Part shown: piece after piece, positions 39,501 through 53,334 of the stretch | Layout: every line of letters begins with the position of its first letter | How positions within the stretch are numbered: the stretch's first letter is position 1 | Origin: Eledone cirrhosa | Taxonomy: Eukaryota | Length of the DNA: 64,000 nucleotides | Direction of reading: 5' to 3' | Assembly (NCBI GenBank): GCA_964016885.1 | Contig: OZ024740.1 | Coordinates: 358,422,001 to 358,486,000 of the forward strand | Notes under the pieces: generated by a model | Databases searched by the model: none | Seen by the model: the letters and a program-made list of their open reading frames with translations, nothing else | What the model was told of the DNA's origin: nothing | Position numbers and translations under genes: made by a program

Positions 39501-39974
39501 CGTAAAAATTAACATAAGAATAAACAATAAGATGAACAAGTGGTGGAAGGGTGTGAGGCGTGTAAGGGTGGTGGCGGCGGGGGGGTCGAAGCGGGGAAGG
39601 TTGAAGGTGGTGTTTGTGTATGTGAGTGTGTGTGCGTGTGTATGTGAATGTGAGAGTTGGAGGAAGAACGAGGTTCCATGTTCAGGAAAAGGTGTGTGTG
39701 TGTGTGTGCTTATACAAAATACATACAGATATATCTGCGTTTCGTTTGGTCACATCTTGACCTTTAGAAATGCTTTTATACTGTATCTAGTAATTGGTAT
39801 TTAAAGACAGCCAACAGTTCTGAAGATAATACGCTATTATCTGATATTTTAATTATTTTGACTTCGCCCCATTACACCAACTTATTGGGTAACATCAGTT
39901 CTTTCACATTAACTATCTTACTTATCAAAATCAACATTCATCGACGTGTCCCTGTATTAAAGCCAACCTTGTTA

Positions 39975-40915
39975 ATAATTGTTTCTACTTTTGGCACAAG
40001 GCCAGCAATTACCCAGTACATTACTGGTAATTTATTTTTCGACGCCGTAAGGATAAAAGGCAAAGTTAACCTCGGCGGGATTTGAACTCAGACCGTAAAG
40101 GTACGTAACTCTATGCTGCAAAGCATGGCGTCCGACGCTCTACCGATACTGCTAATTCAATGAACGCTAATTTGTCATTTGTAACTCTTGTTCTATATTC
40201 CAAGACCTCGCTGCATAAAATACTATGTTAGGCTCTACTAATTATATTATCCTTCTACGGATCAATAATTAAATATGTCATTTTCCCAAGAATACATTTC
40301 AATTTATTGTTTCATCCAATCTTCGCTTTATGTGTAAGTAATGGTCTTCTTTGATATTACAACTCATTGAAGTACTTGGATTAGATTAAAGCATTTCTGT
40401 ATTAACTGTTTACTTTTCAATAGCTTTCATAACATTAAGTTATTATAATGGTTTCTTGTACAAGTACACGGCCAACAATTTTGTGAGGAATGTAAGTCGA
40501 TTATATCAATCCCCAGTTGTTGACTGGTACTGTATTATATCGACTTCGGAATAATGACTTCAGGGGAATTTGAAATCAGAACGTAAAAAGTCCTAACATA
40601 TACCAGGTGGCATTTTGTCCGAGGCTCTTACGATTCTGCCAATCTAATCCTCCACCCTACATTAATATATAATAGTGTAACAGTTGGGTGACTGCTAAGT
40701 TACTTAATGAAGTGAGAAAAAACAAAAAGAAATTATATGTTAATAAAATTACTGTTGCATCGTGGAGAAAAGCAGCAGGTTCATTATTCAAATTTAATTG
40801 TTTCTACTTTTGGCACAATTATCCCAGTGTATGACTGGTACTTTATTTTATCGACCCCGTAAGGATGAAAGGCAAAGTTAACCTCGGCGGGATTTGAACT
40901 CAGACTGTAAAGGGC
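39975..40915 (-). mobile_element. Three family-A SINE copies (~39975-40160, ~40445-40655, partial ~40795-40915)
   Basis: Each shows tcgac...ga.aa.ggcaaagttaacctcggcgggatttgaactcaga or a decayed equivalent. Confidence 0.8.
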
Positions 40916-41391
40916 AAATTATTCAAATTTAATGATGGCAAATAAGATCTTCATGCAGAAATATTCAGTATAGGTATATATTTTCTAGATAATTTTCGGG
41001 CAAATCTTGAATGTATATATTTCATATATTGCTAAGGAATCAAAACTTTTGTTTTGGGAAGTGAATTAGTTTGGAATGACAAATAAATGCAATGAAAATG
41101 ATTTTAACCGTTCCATATCGCCGGTAATAAACACATTTATTTGCAGCAAAAATACCACCCTCTGTGTGGTTTTCTGCAAATATAAGTAGGTGTATATGCA
41201 CGCGTTTCGTAACGAATCTATCAATGTATATAAATGTATGAAAAAGGGAAAGATACAATTTTGACATACAATTAGCTCAATCCTGCCCCGACACATTTCG
41301 TATTGCGTTTATTTGATTTAATACAATGACATTTATTCTGTACACAATCGTGACCCCCCAACTTAAGTCAAGTTGTGATATGAATAAGTAA

Positions 41392-41585
41392 CAGAACTGT
41401 CAACTCTCCTCGTCCGACGGGGAGATCTCCCACCCACTTTGGGGTGGGTGAGAGATGTCTTCTCCTGTGAAAATGGGTAGAGCTTTCAATATGTAAAATC
41501 TCGCCATTTGGTCTCATTTCTCCCAGTTTTGGGGCACCTTTTTCATGGTAATCCCCGTTTGGGGTTTTAGAGGTTGGCAGGTCTA
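41392..41585. mobile_element. ~194-bp MITE, copy 1
   Basis: Highly similar to 59840-60033. Termini cagaactgtcaac / gttggcaggtct. Flanking aagtaa on both sides. Confidence 0.75.
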
Positions 41586-41829
41586 AAGTAATGCAATTTG
41601 ATTTTTCGCTTAGATTTAACACCACGTGATACTTTATTTCAAATGGCTGACGTCATCATCAGCAGCAAGAGATATATTTTCCGGACGCTTGCACAGGCAG
41701 GAATTCGCCTTTATGACTATAGATATCAATTAAAATGTTCTTTTTAGTTAGATTTTTATTTAGATACTAAGTAGACCCTAAACAACGCCATCGTCTTCAT
41801 CATTGGTCATTTCAATATCTTTCCTGTCA

Positions 41830-42070
41830 CTAACTTCTCACGTCTGCCTGCAGACGAATGAAACTGGCTGGGCACTGCATCCGTCATCCAAAAGAGATAG
41901 CATCACAACATGTGCTCTGGTAACCGGCAGTCTGACGAAGAAGCGTGGGAAGACAGGCCGTCTCATTCCTTGATACCCTGCTGAGAGATGCCAACATTGA
42001 TAACCTCGATGAACTGAGAACTGTCATGCTCGACCGGGACGACTGGAGAGTGTAAACTTGGCCGAAGAAG
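41830..42070 (+). mobile_element. RTE-type LINE 3' remnant
   Basis: Translates RMKLAGHCIRHPKEIASQHVLW*P..GRQ..FLDTL..D..ELRTVMLDRDDWR, followed by a gaagaagaa tail. Confidence 0.7.
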
Positions 42071-42975
42071 AACTTCTCACTCAATGAAGGCACGTGGTTT
42101 CAGGGTTAAGGTGGTTGGCTCACGATCGTAAAGCTATGAGTTCGATTTCAGGCGGCGTTGTGTCTTTGAACAAGCCACTTCTTTTCATGTTGCGTTAGTC
42201 CACTCAACAGAAAAAAAATGACTTGTAACTATAGTTCATAGGTATAGCCATAACACACAGTTTTTCACGCTGAATCTCTATGAGAACTACGTTGAGTGCA
42301 CGTGTCTGTGGAGTACTCATTGGCTTGCATGTAATTTCATGAGCAGGCAGCCCCTTTGTTCTAAGAACTGGACCACTCTTCGTCGGAATCGATAGAGGCC
42401 CTACACACGAGTATGACACAAAATACTCTGAGTAAAATATTACTTATATTTTAACAAATAAATTGTAATTAGATAACAAACTCCGTTAAATCATGAGTGG
42501 AAATAAACCGTTTGATAATGTTTGAAGTTTTCCTATTATAACGTTTTAAACCGTATGCTAGCGATCGCAGAAAACTTATTTTAATCATTATGCATATGCA
42601 GAATGTAAGATATAGAGAACGTACAGAATATGTAAGTTACAAATATGGACGAATTCAATCGTTAACTAATGTTCACCTTAGCAGTAAAGCAAATAACGTA
42701 ACTCTATCTTACATGTTACTGAGATATTGAAAAGTAAGAATTTGAAAATGAGATTTTAACGTGTTTTATGTAATTTACTTCCGATGTATAATATAAGAAA
42801 AGCTAAACCCAGTCAAAATATCAATCGAGGATAAGTGATAACGAACATTTAAAAATGTAGGTTTGAAATTAAAAGAAAAGTTCTATAAAGCTGGTGACTA
42901 TATATATATATATTAAGATGTCATGATTTGGTTTCATGCAAAGCTGAGTATCTTGATACCGGACCATGAGTATAA

Positions 42976-43193
42976 TAATTGTTTCTACATTAGGCACAAA
43001 GCCAGCAATTTTAGGGAGAGGAAAGTCGATTAAATTGACACGAGTACATTGCCGGTGCTTTATTTTATTGACCCTGTAAGGATGACTGGCAAAGCTAACC
43101 TCGGCGGGATTTGAACTCAGACCGTAAAGGGCGTAATTCTATGCTGCAAAACATGTTGACCGACACTCTACTGATACTGCCAATCCATCGCCC
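42976..43193 (-). mobile_element. tRNA-derived SINE (family A, long variant)
   Basis: Same A/B boxes and core, with an extra gggagaggaaagtcgat segment. Confidence 0.88.
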
Positions 43194-43808
43194 TAACCAC
43201 AGGTATAATAGTACTATTTTCTTTGATTAGAACAAAACAAATATTTACAGGGAAGGGATATACTGAATTTAATCTATTTCTAATTTGAGTGACTTTCCCT
43301 TCTAGATAAAAAAGAACAACGGGAAATATTAAGATCAGTTGTTGATGCTTTTAAACTAAACGTAGATCATGAAAACAACGAAGAAATAATAGCCTATCAT
43401 TTAAATCACGCCCTGTTTCCATAAGTAAAGAACACACTGGGTAATGTCGTCATTAGCATATAAAAAGACAGGAAGGTTACAGATGGAATGACTCTGCCGA
43501 CTAAATCATAACTGACCTGAGGCTAAACAACAACAGTAACAAGATAAACTATTGATTAAATGTGATTTTAAACGGTGGCATAGCCAACATTCTTGTCATA
43601 TTAATGAGCTTCTAAAATAGACTAATTTTCTCGAATGACTTTTTCCCACCTTAATTTGCATTTTGACAGCAATACAAAACTGTTTAAGGTAGTGTATGCA
43701 ATTGATGTCATTATAGTAATTGTATTGGAATGTAAAATATATTTATTGACAAGAAAATGATTAAGAATGATGAATATCGGAAGCATCAAGTCAACTTCAA
43801 TGTCTATT

Positions 43809-43858
<50 letters not shown>

Positions 43859-44334
43859 TTCATGTGTATATTTCCGACCATTTGAAGATCTGTTAGTCTG
43901 GCAATTGACATTGTATGGAATATTACAGCTAAATCGATTGTAATGTTGTTGAGTAGAAATTTAGTCGGAGAAATTGCTGTCAATCATTCCGGTTGCACTC
44001 AAGTGCGATATTACACACTTGTCTCTCAATATCATGATGAAACTTTGTTGTGCAAAAATGCAAATAACTATAATGGTGATTAACATTAATTTAACTATGA
44101 CTGCAGGCGGTCTTATGGAAATACAATTGAGTTGAGAATTTGAATAACAATCTAAAGTGATGTTTCTGATAATTCATATTTTACAATTACTTAAACGGAG
44201 TGTAGCGCTTTAATATATTAACCTATTTATCGAATTGTTGGACAAAACTAGCTCAATATAACTGACATATATTCATTACAAATATAAACGCCGAATAAAA
44301 TGTATGTATTGCTTTCTGTTCTTCACAAATCTAA

Positions 44335-44560
44335 CCTCTTCCTCCTCGCACTGGTCGCTGTCGAGACCTCAGGCGTACTTGGACCCCATACCGCCGAGCT
44401 CTTCCGCAAGAGCAGAATGTCAGCAGTCTGTCTGAGAAAGGAGTTCCCCGAGGTGGGGTTCTGTTGCAGCGGGTGTCGCTGGCCACGGAAATGCCTTTGC
44501 GGTTTTGTCCCCTGGGCGTACACCCAACGCCACCGTGCCCTAGGCTCAGAGCTGATCACC
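44335..44560 (+). mobile_element. CRE-type LINE 3' remnant
   Basis: LVAVETSGVLGP...FLLQRVSLA..GNA, the C-terminal RLE motif. Confidence 0.6.
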
Positions 44561-45007
44561 CTCTCCTCTTCCACCTCCTTTTCTTCAGTGGTCATATAGT
44601 CCTTGCTTTCCCCCTTCTTTTCCTCTCATTTATGGCTTTTATAGTCCTTTCCTCTATTTTCCCATACAACCGGATTTGCCCTTCTTTACCCCTACCTCGT
44701 TTTCTCATTACTTAATTTTGCTTTGATTTTTCTTTCTCATATTTATTCATTTCAGTAACTATTTGTTATTTGGAATGGAATAGAGACTGCAAACAATCCA
44801 GCTCTACTGTCTACTCTATTATCTCTAGCCAAGAAAAATCTCAAAAATAAAAGACTGGTGCATTAAAAAAAAAAAGTTAATCTCGGTCTGTATCATTTAA
44901 CTTGCCTAGACACCACAAAGCAAACATAATTTATAAAAAATGCCGCACAAAGTAATTAAATGTTTTGAAAATACTTGTTGGATTTTATTTCTATTGTTGC
45001 TGTTGGG

Positions 45008-46735
45008 TGGGTGGTGGATTGGCAGAATCGGTAGAGTATTGGACAACATACTTTGCGGCATAGAGTTACGCCGAGGTTAGCTTTGTCTTTCATCCTGACA
45101 GGGTCGATAACATAAAATACCAGTAACACGCTGGGATCGATTTTATCGACTTCCCCACCCCCCAAAAATTGTTGGCCTTGTATCTAATTCAGAAACCATT
45201 ATTATTGTTGTTGGGAGGGCGGTGGTTTGACAGTATCAGTAGAATGTGGAACAACATGCTTTGCGGCATTTAATTACGCCCTATATTATTCTGAGTTCGA
45301 ATCCCGGCGGGGTCAACTTTGCTGTTCATCCATTCCTGGTCGATAGCATAAAGTACCAGTCGATATAATCAACTTTCCCTCTACACCCAAATTGTTAGCT
45401 TTGTGCCAAATGCAAAATTAATAATTATTATTGTTAGATTTGTGGAATCGGTAGAGCGTCGGATAAAACGCTTTTCGGTATTTGCTTTTGGTCTTTGCAT
45501 TAAAATCCTGCTGACGTTAACCTTGTATTTCAACCTTTGGGAGCGATAAAAATAAAGTACCAGTCAAATAATGGGGTCAATATAATCTACTTTTCCCCTC
45601 CTCTTAATTGCTGGCTTTTAGATAAAATAAAAAATTTTCGATGGCCAAAAAAGATGACCGTTGATAATAATGGTTTCTTATATAGGCACAAGGCCAGCAA
45701 TTTTGGAGGAAGAGGAAAGTCGATTAAATCTTCCCCAGTGCGTGACTAATACTTTATTTTATCGACCCCGTAAGGATGAAAGGCAAAGTTAACCTCGGCG
45801 GGATTTGAACTCAGATCATAAAGGGCCGTAACTCTATGCTGCAAAGCATGACGTCCGACCCTCTAGCGATACTGCCAATTCGCCGCCCTAATAATAATAA
45901 TAATGGTTTCTATATTTGGCACACGGCCAGAAATTTGAAGGGGAGAGGAAAGTCGATTAAATTGACTCCAGTGCATTACTAGTATTTTATTTTATCAACC
46001 CCTTAAGGATGAAAGTCAAAGCTAACCTTGGCGGGGTTTGAAATCAGAAAAGAATGTTACACGGTGCTCTACCGATGCTACAAATCTCCCGCCCTAATAA
46101 TTGTTTCTACTTTAGGAACAAGGCCAACAATTTTTGGGGAGGGGGAAGTCGATTAATTCGATCCTAGTGTATTACTGGTACTTTATTTTATCGACCTCGT
46201 AAAGATGAAAGGCAAAGTTAACCTCGGCGGGATTTGAACTCAGAACGTAGGGAGCCATAACTATATGCCCCAAAGCATGTTGTTTGGCACTCTACCGATA
46301 CTGCCACTCCACCGCCCTAATAATAATAATTGTTTCTACTATTGGAACAAGGCCAGCAATTAACCAGTACATTACTGGTACTTTATTTTATCGACCCGGT
46401 AAAGATGAAAGGCAAAGTTAACCTCGGCGGGATTTGAACTCAGAATGGCAAGGGACGTAACTCTATGCGTCAAATCATGGTGTCCGACCCTCTACCGATA
46501 CTGCCAATTCACCGCCCTAATAATAATAATGAGTGCTAATTTAGGCACAAGGCCAGCAATTTTTGGGGAGGAGAAAGTCGAATAAATCGACCCCTGTGCG
46601 TGACTAGTACTTTATTTTACCGACCCTATAAAGATGAAAGGTAAAGTAAACCTCGGTGGGATTTTCAACTCAGAACATAAAAGGCCACAAAGCATGTTGT
46701 CCGAAGCTCTACCGATTCTGCCAACCCACCGCCCT
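45008..46735. mobile_element. Cluster of eight family-A SINEs: three + copies (~45008-45620) converging on five - copies (~45665-46735)
   Basis: Repeated heads, cores and tails, separated only by (TAA)n/(ATT)n linkers (e.g. ccgccctaataataataattgtttcta). Confidence 0.9.
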
Positions 46736-46899
46736 ACAAGCTCCGAATAAAGACGAATAAAAGAATAAATCGAAAGAGAAAAAAACAAACAAACAAAAAA
46801 CAATAATAAAATAAAAACAAAAACAAAAAAATCATGGCAAATCCATGCACATTCATAAAATCTGATTGTTGCTATGCTACAAGTATTCATATGAAAATA

Positions 46900-48470
46900 C
46901 GTGCATGATATAAGTTGGATAAAAAACCAGAACAATCACAGGCAAACACAACAGACACCAAAAATATATCAAATACGCAAATATACAACAGTGTAATTCT
47001 GATGAAAAGGAATAAAGATACTTTGAATTTCTTCTTCTTCTTGTTGCAGGACTTAACCTGCTACCAATAAAATGGAAAAGACAGAAATTAGACATGTGAG
47101 GAATATTTTTCTATTCTTTATGCATATTTTACGACAACGCTGTACATAAATATTGAAAATAAAACAGTATATACATGTAAAATCTGGGAGAAAAATAACT
47201 CACATCCTGATTTATAACTCGACCCCACCAAACTAGTTAACCTTAAACGAAAAATATCAGAAATTGAAATAGAGCATCTAAAAAACCAATACACTATGAA
47301 AACACAACTAACGAATACAAAGCACCTAGCAAGCATACAAATATTGCATAGTTAAATCATGAAGGCTGAACCAACATATACAAAGCAGATACAGTAAACA
47401 ACAAAACGCAACAAACCACAACCTCAAAAGACATACAGAATACTGACGAACAAAAGCACTGACAAATTTACAAATGAAAGAAAATACGAGGAAAAAGATG
47501 TAGTCAAAAGAATCTCTAAAGACGGAATTCAAGACCACAAAAGGTGTAAGGTAGAAATAGTCAAGGGACTCTAAACAATAGAAGATCTTCCTATAGATGA
47601 AAGAATGCAGCTCTCATGGCGAAATAGCAACAATTATTTTTTTTCAAATCATTAACTTGCTCATCATAAACTTAATACAAACGGAAATAATAGTATCATA
47701 AAGCTAAATAAGATATGTGCAGCAGTAGTCACTGTTGTTCCAAAAGAGAGTGAGTGCTCCCAAGATCTACACAAATAAGAATAGCAAAACCCACACAAAC
47801 ATGGAACTAAGAGATACAAAAAAATAGAAAATAAAAGAAAAGACTTCTCTATTTTAAATGAAATACGGAAAAAAATAGGAAAAGGGAAGAAAATAAGAGA
47901 AATGGAATTCACTGAAACTAAGGAATAGCTAAAACAACAAATACTTGCAAAGGTATACATAACCTGGAGATATGGAAAACGCCAGTAATTTTACTCACGC
48001 TCAAAATAATTATACCACAAAGTTAATAAAAGCAAAATAGAGGTAAATGTAGACCCAGAGTAAATGAAATAGAAGAGTTCTGGGGAGTATTGTGGGCACC
48101 AGAGAAATCACAACTTAGGACTAGACAGAATAATGAACAGAGCCACTGTACAGCTGTCGAAGACATCACAACAGAGGAAGTGTCTGACATACTGAAAACA
48201 AGCAAGCAGCTGGAAGGCATCAGGAGGTGATAAAATCCCTATCTTCTGGTTGAAATATTTAATAAGGACACCTGGTGTACTTGCAAAAAAGTCTAATGAG
48301 ATATTGATGGAGCCAGAAATGACACCCGACTGGCTTACTGAAGGGAAAACCACTCTGATCCCCATGAATAATAACATAGCAACCCCCCAAAATTAAAATC
48401 ACATCACGTGCCTTCTTACAACCTACAAGACCTCAAATGCAATTATATCACAGAAACTGAGCAAAAAACT
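46900..48470 (+). mobile_element. Decayed R4/Dong-clade non-LTR retrotransposon (N-terminal region to start of RT)
   Basis: WKASGGDKIPIFWLK, PDWLTEGKTTLIP and ITCLLTTYK readable at 48.2-48.43 kb. Confidence 0.7.
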
Positions 48471-48499
48471 TTTGGGAAAAAAGCAACCTGTTTCCAGAA

Positions 48500-50610
48500 A
48501 GGAAGACTTTCCAGTTCTGTGAGTGGAAGGCACTGCTGAGAAAGGACCCGAACAAGGTGGATGATATTGATAATTTCGCTTTTTCTAGAAGAGACCTGAT
48601 CCAATGGTCAGTCGGATCATATGCTCTCAACAACCTTTGCGTGGAGGACTGGGTATGTCGTGGCTGATGATGCACAAACATGCACTGAAGTTGTGATATC
48701 AGAAGTTGTGATATCACCTTAGTGGTGAACATTTGCTGCCGCTATTCGCCAGACATGCCCACCCAGCTCGTTTCCTTGACGGAACTATAACCCTGGTTCA
48801 AGCAAAGCCATGAGGGAGTGCTTGAATACTGGAATCTAAACTATAATAAAGGAAGGTCTGCGGGATTGCGTACGGTTTATTTTTTTTTATCCCGTTTGTA
48901 AAATATCTTGGATTACTTTGAATAAATAATGAATGAATATTACATAATTTATCTACTAAATTTCGTAAACAAAAATAATTTCGTAAAAATAAATAATTTC
49001 AAATTGACTTCTTTTCAAAGTTGCACTTCCGGTAAATCTTCACCACTACCCCCATTTCAACTACCATATATATAGAAAGAGAGAGTTTGTGATGAGAGAG
49101 ATAGAGAGATTATGGTTTTCTACACCTAACGCGTATGATTGTGCACATACATACATCTATATGTATGAGTATATAACTATTATGAGTATATAACTATAAT
49201 CGAGCAAACACAAACTTATAAAAATACACTCTCACAGACATAATTCACACAAATACACATACTTTCACACAAATATACATACATTCACACATACTTTCAC
49301 ACAAACATACATACTTTCACACAAATATACATACATTCACACATACACTTTCATACAAACATACATACATTCACACATATACATTTACACAAACATACAT
49401 ACATTCATACATATACATTTACACAAACACACACATACAGTCATGATAGAGTTCGGTTTAATTGGAAATGGGAGGGTAAAACAAGTATAACGTTTTATTT
49501 ATTTATTAACTCTGTTTATTTATTAACTCTTTTTTTTTAAAACTCATCTAAACTATAATAAAGTAAGGAGCGCGGGACTTCTTTAAAATTTCTGAAATGT
49601 CAACACCTCCGGTTGGCCATCGCTTAAATAAACATATTAATTTTCTCCTAATGCAGTTCATATAATATTGTCTTTTTTAATGTATCATGGATTACGTTAC
49701 TGATTAAATAAGACAGTGTAACGCAGTCTTCGTTCAATTTCTATGTATTATATATTGTCAATTGCGATTTTATTTGATGTATCATATCTACATGTATATA
49801 TACCTGCGTATAATATAAATATACACACTACACATGCTAGCAGAAACCACCCGAAGGGTGGTTTTTCTGCTAGTGTTATTAATCATGATAGCCCTCAACC
49901 AGCGGGCATTGTGATTGGTGGAAAGTCCACTCTGGTGGGCATTGCATAGAGGATTAGTGGCAAGGAAAAGTAGCAACGTTCTTGAGGAGATTTAAACGTC
50001 GAAGTAGATCAACTAGCCGTTCTCTTCTGGAGAACTGTCAGCTTGGAGTCGATAGAAAACTTCCAGAAACTCTTGACCTAACAGTACTATCGAAGGGAAT
50101 TGCGAGTGAGCGATAAACTCTACAGGCACGGTTAGTGCCGCCAATCGAGTCTGCCATGATGTGAATGGGAAAGATGTCTTGTGGTGGATGCGATTGAAAG
50201 GGTTAAGGACAGGCAATTTCCACTTCGGTGGGGCTCTGATTAACTTTTTCAAGTTTCACTTGAAAAGCAAAATCAGGTTAGAGAGGAGAGTGCTGCCCGC
50301 TCGCCATTTTTTTGAAAGGCCGATAAGAGTGGCTTTTGTTCCTGGTGGGTATGCTCTGAAATTGCACCTGTCAATTGCAGGAGGACAACTGGAAGAGACT
50401 ACTTGGCCTAATAGTTAGGATGGCTGTAGCGTTTTGTGAGCTTTCTCCACGAATTGGGAAATATTCTTTTGAATATTTACGTTTATTGTTTTCTGTTACC
50501 TCACTGTTTACACAAAAATGTACTCGCATTGTATTGTTCTGTGCCATCTTTAATGTTTCCTTCATGTCAGCTCTGTGTAGTTTTAATGAAATCATCATTG
50601 CTATCATCAT
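48500..50610 (+). mobile_element. Old, deleted Tx1-related LINE split by a Helitron
   Basis: 48500-48834 and 49874-50400 match ORF2 of the array (ggactgggtatgtcgtggctgatgatgcacaaacatgc; gataaactctacaggcacgg; WWMRLKGLRTG). Removing the insert rejoins ctggaa|tgt, similar to atcgaatgt in the array copies. Confidence 0.8.
48835..49873 (+). mobile_element. Non-autonomous Helitron with two 5' ends and an internal minisatellite
   Basis: A|TC start (tctaaactataataaag at 48835 and again at 49547), subterminal hairpin ending in CTAG|T at 49870-49873, no TSD. Confidence 0.85.
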
Positions 50611-50639
50611 CAGTATTAGCCTTATTGTCACCAAATTGA

Positions 50640-52130
50640 TTCCGTTGTATTGGACATGCTCTTTGTAACGTGTACAGTAGTAAGGCTATTATCTGGATGT
50701 TGTGAATCCTGGGGTTTGGTTATATATCTCACTATTTGTTTTTCCCATTCTCAGAGCACATATTATAGGGTTTGTTTTCTTCATCGGTATTTGAGTTATT
50801 TCTAACACTAAATCTTTATATTTGGATAATTTCTCAATTTCCTTTGAGAGTAATATAGTCGTCTATAGTGATTGATGCGTCAATTAGGAGGCATAGATAT
50901 TTTGTTGTTTTTGTCATTGAAGATTGCTTTATTCAAGCCTCGTACCTATTTGTATTAACTCTCCACTATTCTTCATTAGGTGATTTTGTAGTATTACTTT
51001 TGACAATTTATTCTAAATGCAGCCATTATTTCTTTGTTCTTTTTTCTTGTCTAGTTCTGCTAGTTCGTTTGGTGTCCAATCAAGTATATTATATCATGAC
51101 TGTAATTTATTATTTGGACAGCTAGAGTATTGATGCCTATTACCTTATTCTTTGCTTTTAGTTGTGTCTTAAGCATTAATTTAATGCGCATGTAGTATTG
51201 CTTACTAATCCGCTCTTTCATTTCTGTCTGCAGAATCCTGTCTAATTCATTAATTTCTAAGTATTTGTATATCAATGTTTGATCTAATTCGCTTATCTCC
51301 GTTTCTTTATCTAGTATATCAGTGTTTTGAATTAGTTTTCGCATCTTCTGGGCTGCCTTGATGCACAGGCCTGTGCGTTGGACTTCCCTTGTTGCCTGCA
51401 CACTTTACCACAACTATTCCAATTGTTTCTCTTTTGGTGCTATATTGATTTGTATTTTATTTTAGTCACGTTCCTGGTAGACTCGTTTTGGTTTAGAGGG
51501 AAACTTCTGGTTTTGTTCAAAAAGCGTTGGTAGTTTTCACACTTACGTATTCGTCGGGGTTTAGCAAGTATTTGCTTTATTAGGAGTTCCTAGGTTTCAC
51601 TTATATTATAGTTTTAAAATATTTCTGTGTCCTCCTTTTTTCCTTTAGTGTTTTTTTTTTTTTTTTTTTTTACTTAAGATTGCCAGATCATTTTTCTTAC
51701 TTTCTATCTTTTTTGTATGTTTGTTTTCCATGTTTGAGTGAGGGTTTGCTATTCAAGATTTTGTAAATCTAAAGGGTTACCCACTTTCCTTTGTTACTAT
51801 CGTGGCAGATGCATATATTATGTCATTTAGCCCTGTGATACTAATATTTCTGTTCGTATTAATAAAACATTTGATGGTTCAAATTTATTGTCCATCCAAT
51901 ATCTTTCCAGCTACTACTTTTCTTTTCTCCACAGTAACTTGCCAATTAAACACTTCTTTGCTCTCCATCTTTCCCTTTCTACGCCTTATTACTACTGAGG
52001 CATACTGTAGAAATCTTTCTTTACTATATATCAGTGGTTGTTAATGTTTCGCTTCAAATTCTCGATACACTTTTAGCCCCTTTCCACAAACCGTGCCTTT
52101 CATGTTGAACTGATTATTTGCTTGATTTTG
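50640..52130 (-). mobile_element. Decayed R4/Dong-clade non-LTR retrotransposon (late RT to RLE)
   Basis: ORF 51060-51401: YKYLEI..ISKQYYMRIKLMLKTQLKAKNKVIGINTLAVQIINYS. Downstream CLLIDASI (RLE-like). Confidence 0.75.
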
Positions 52131-52396
52131 GATGCAATGCATTATACATGACCACCTCCACCACTACCTCCACCAAGATCCCCCTCCTCCATCATCATCA
52201 TCATTAGTAGTAGTACTGACTAAAATGAGAAAGCAACGTTCTTTCCTCGGTTTTGAGAGACCCGTTGAAGCTTTAGAAATCGAGTGGCTAAATTTAGGCG
52301 GAGTTCTCATTTCTTAAATAACACTACTTTGTTGTGTCGGGCGCTTTTAAATGTTTTTCAAAGAAATTTACCAATTTCTTTTATTAAAAAAATAAT

Positions 52397-52584
52397 TGTT
52401 TCTACTTTTGGCACAAGGCCAGCAATTATCCCAGTGCGTTACTGGTACTTTATTTTATCGACCCCGTAAGGATGAAAGGCAAAGTTAACCTCGGCGGGAT
52501 TTGAACTCAGATCGTAAAGGCCCGTAACTCCATGTTGCAAAGCATGGCGTCCAACCCTCTACCGATACTGCCAATCCACCGCCC
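52397..52584 (-). mobile_element. tRNA-derived SINE (family A) with ~18-bp TSD
   Basis: ttttattaaaaaaataat on both sides; intact A and B boxes. Confidence 0.9.
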
Positions 52585-53334
52585 TTTTATTAAAAAAATA
52601 ATGAAAACCGAACAAGTAATTATTATGATTGATAGAAAATATAAGAAAGAGAAAGGGAGGGGAAGTGGAAATAACAGAGCAAGAGGAGAGAGAAGGAAAG
52701 AGAGAGAGATGGAGAGAGAGAGAGAGTGTGTGTGTGTGTATGTGTGTGTGGTAATTAATTCTGACAGCATTTCTCACACTATACCATTAGTAAATGGTCG
52801 CATTTCTAAGACAGAAGCAATGAAGATACAAAAACAATACAACAGCAATAACAGCAACAACGGCAACAGTAATTTCAGCACTCCAATCGACAGTAACAAT
52901 AACAGCCCAAAGCACTGTTAAAAGGATAAACTACTTCAGTAGCTCACATCACAACTTTTCCTCGAGCGCAAAACTGATCAACAACAGAGCAACAAGAGCA
53001 GCAGTAATAATAGCGAAAACGTGAATGCTGCCAGGCCGTGGTTAAATTGTTGTGTTGAAATTAAACATAAAAGGGTTACAAAAGGAATGTGGCATTGTGG
53101 CAGGCCCAAAGAAGGCCGACAGGCCAAGGTGCAAATCTCACCGTTACATATTGTTTGTGTTAATCCTTCGGCGTTCAAGCAGCAAGAGAGAGATTTTTTT
53201 AGCTGACGCGGGAATTTTTCCCTCAGGGCGCGTAGAGATACATTCTCCTCCGCTGGCGGTCATTGGCTGGGCTGAGCCAAATAACGCACGGAGAAAGTAT
53301 ATGAGCCCGCTGAATGTAGGTCACTACACCTTCA

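Noticed and set aside
45665-48470. SINE cluster mobilised by the adjacent R4/Dong element via (TAA)n
   Set aside because: In SINE sense orientation the tail is (ATT)n, the opposite strand to a (TAA)n tail, and no shared 3' end is visible. Adjacency alone is not evidence.
45008-49440. CRISPR-like arrays (SINE cluster; ttcacac minisatellite at ~49245-49440)
   Set aside because: Eukaryotic context, units are SINEs or degenerate minisatellite, no unique spacers, no cas genes.
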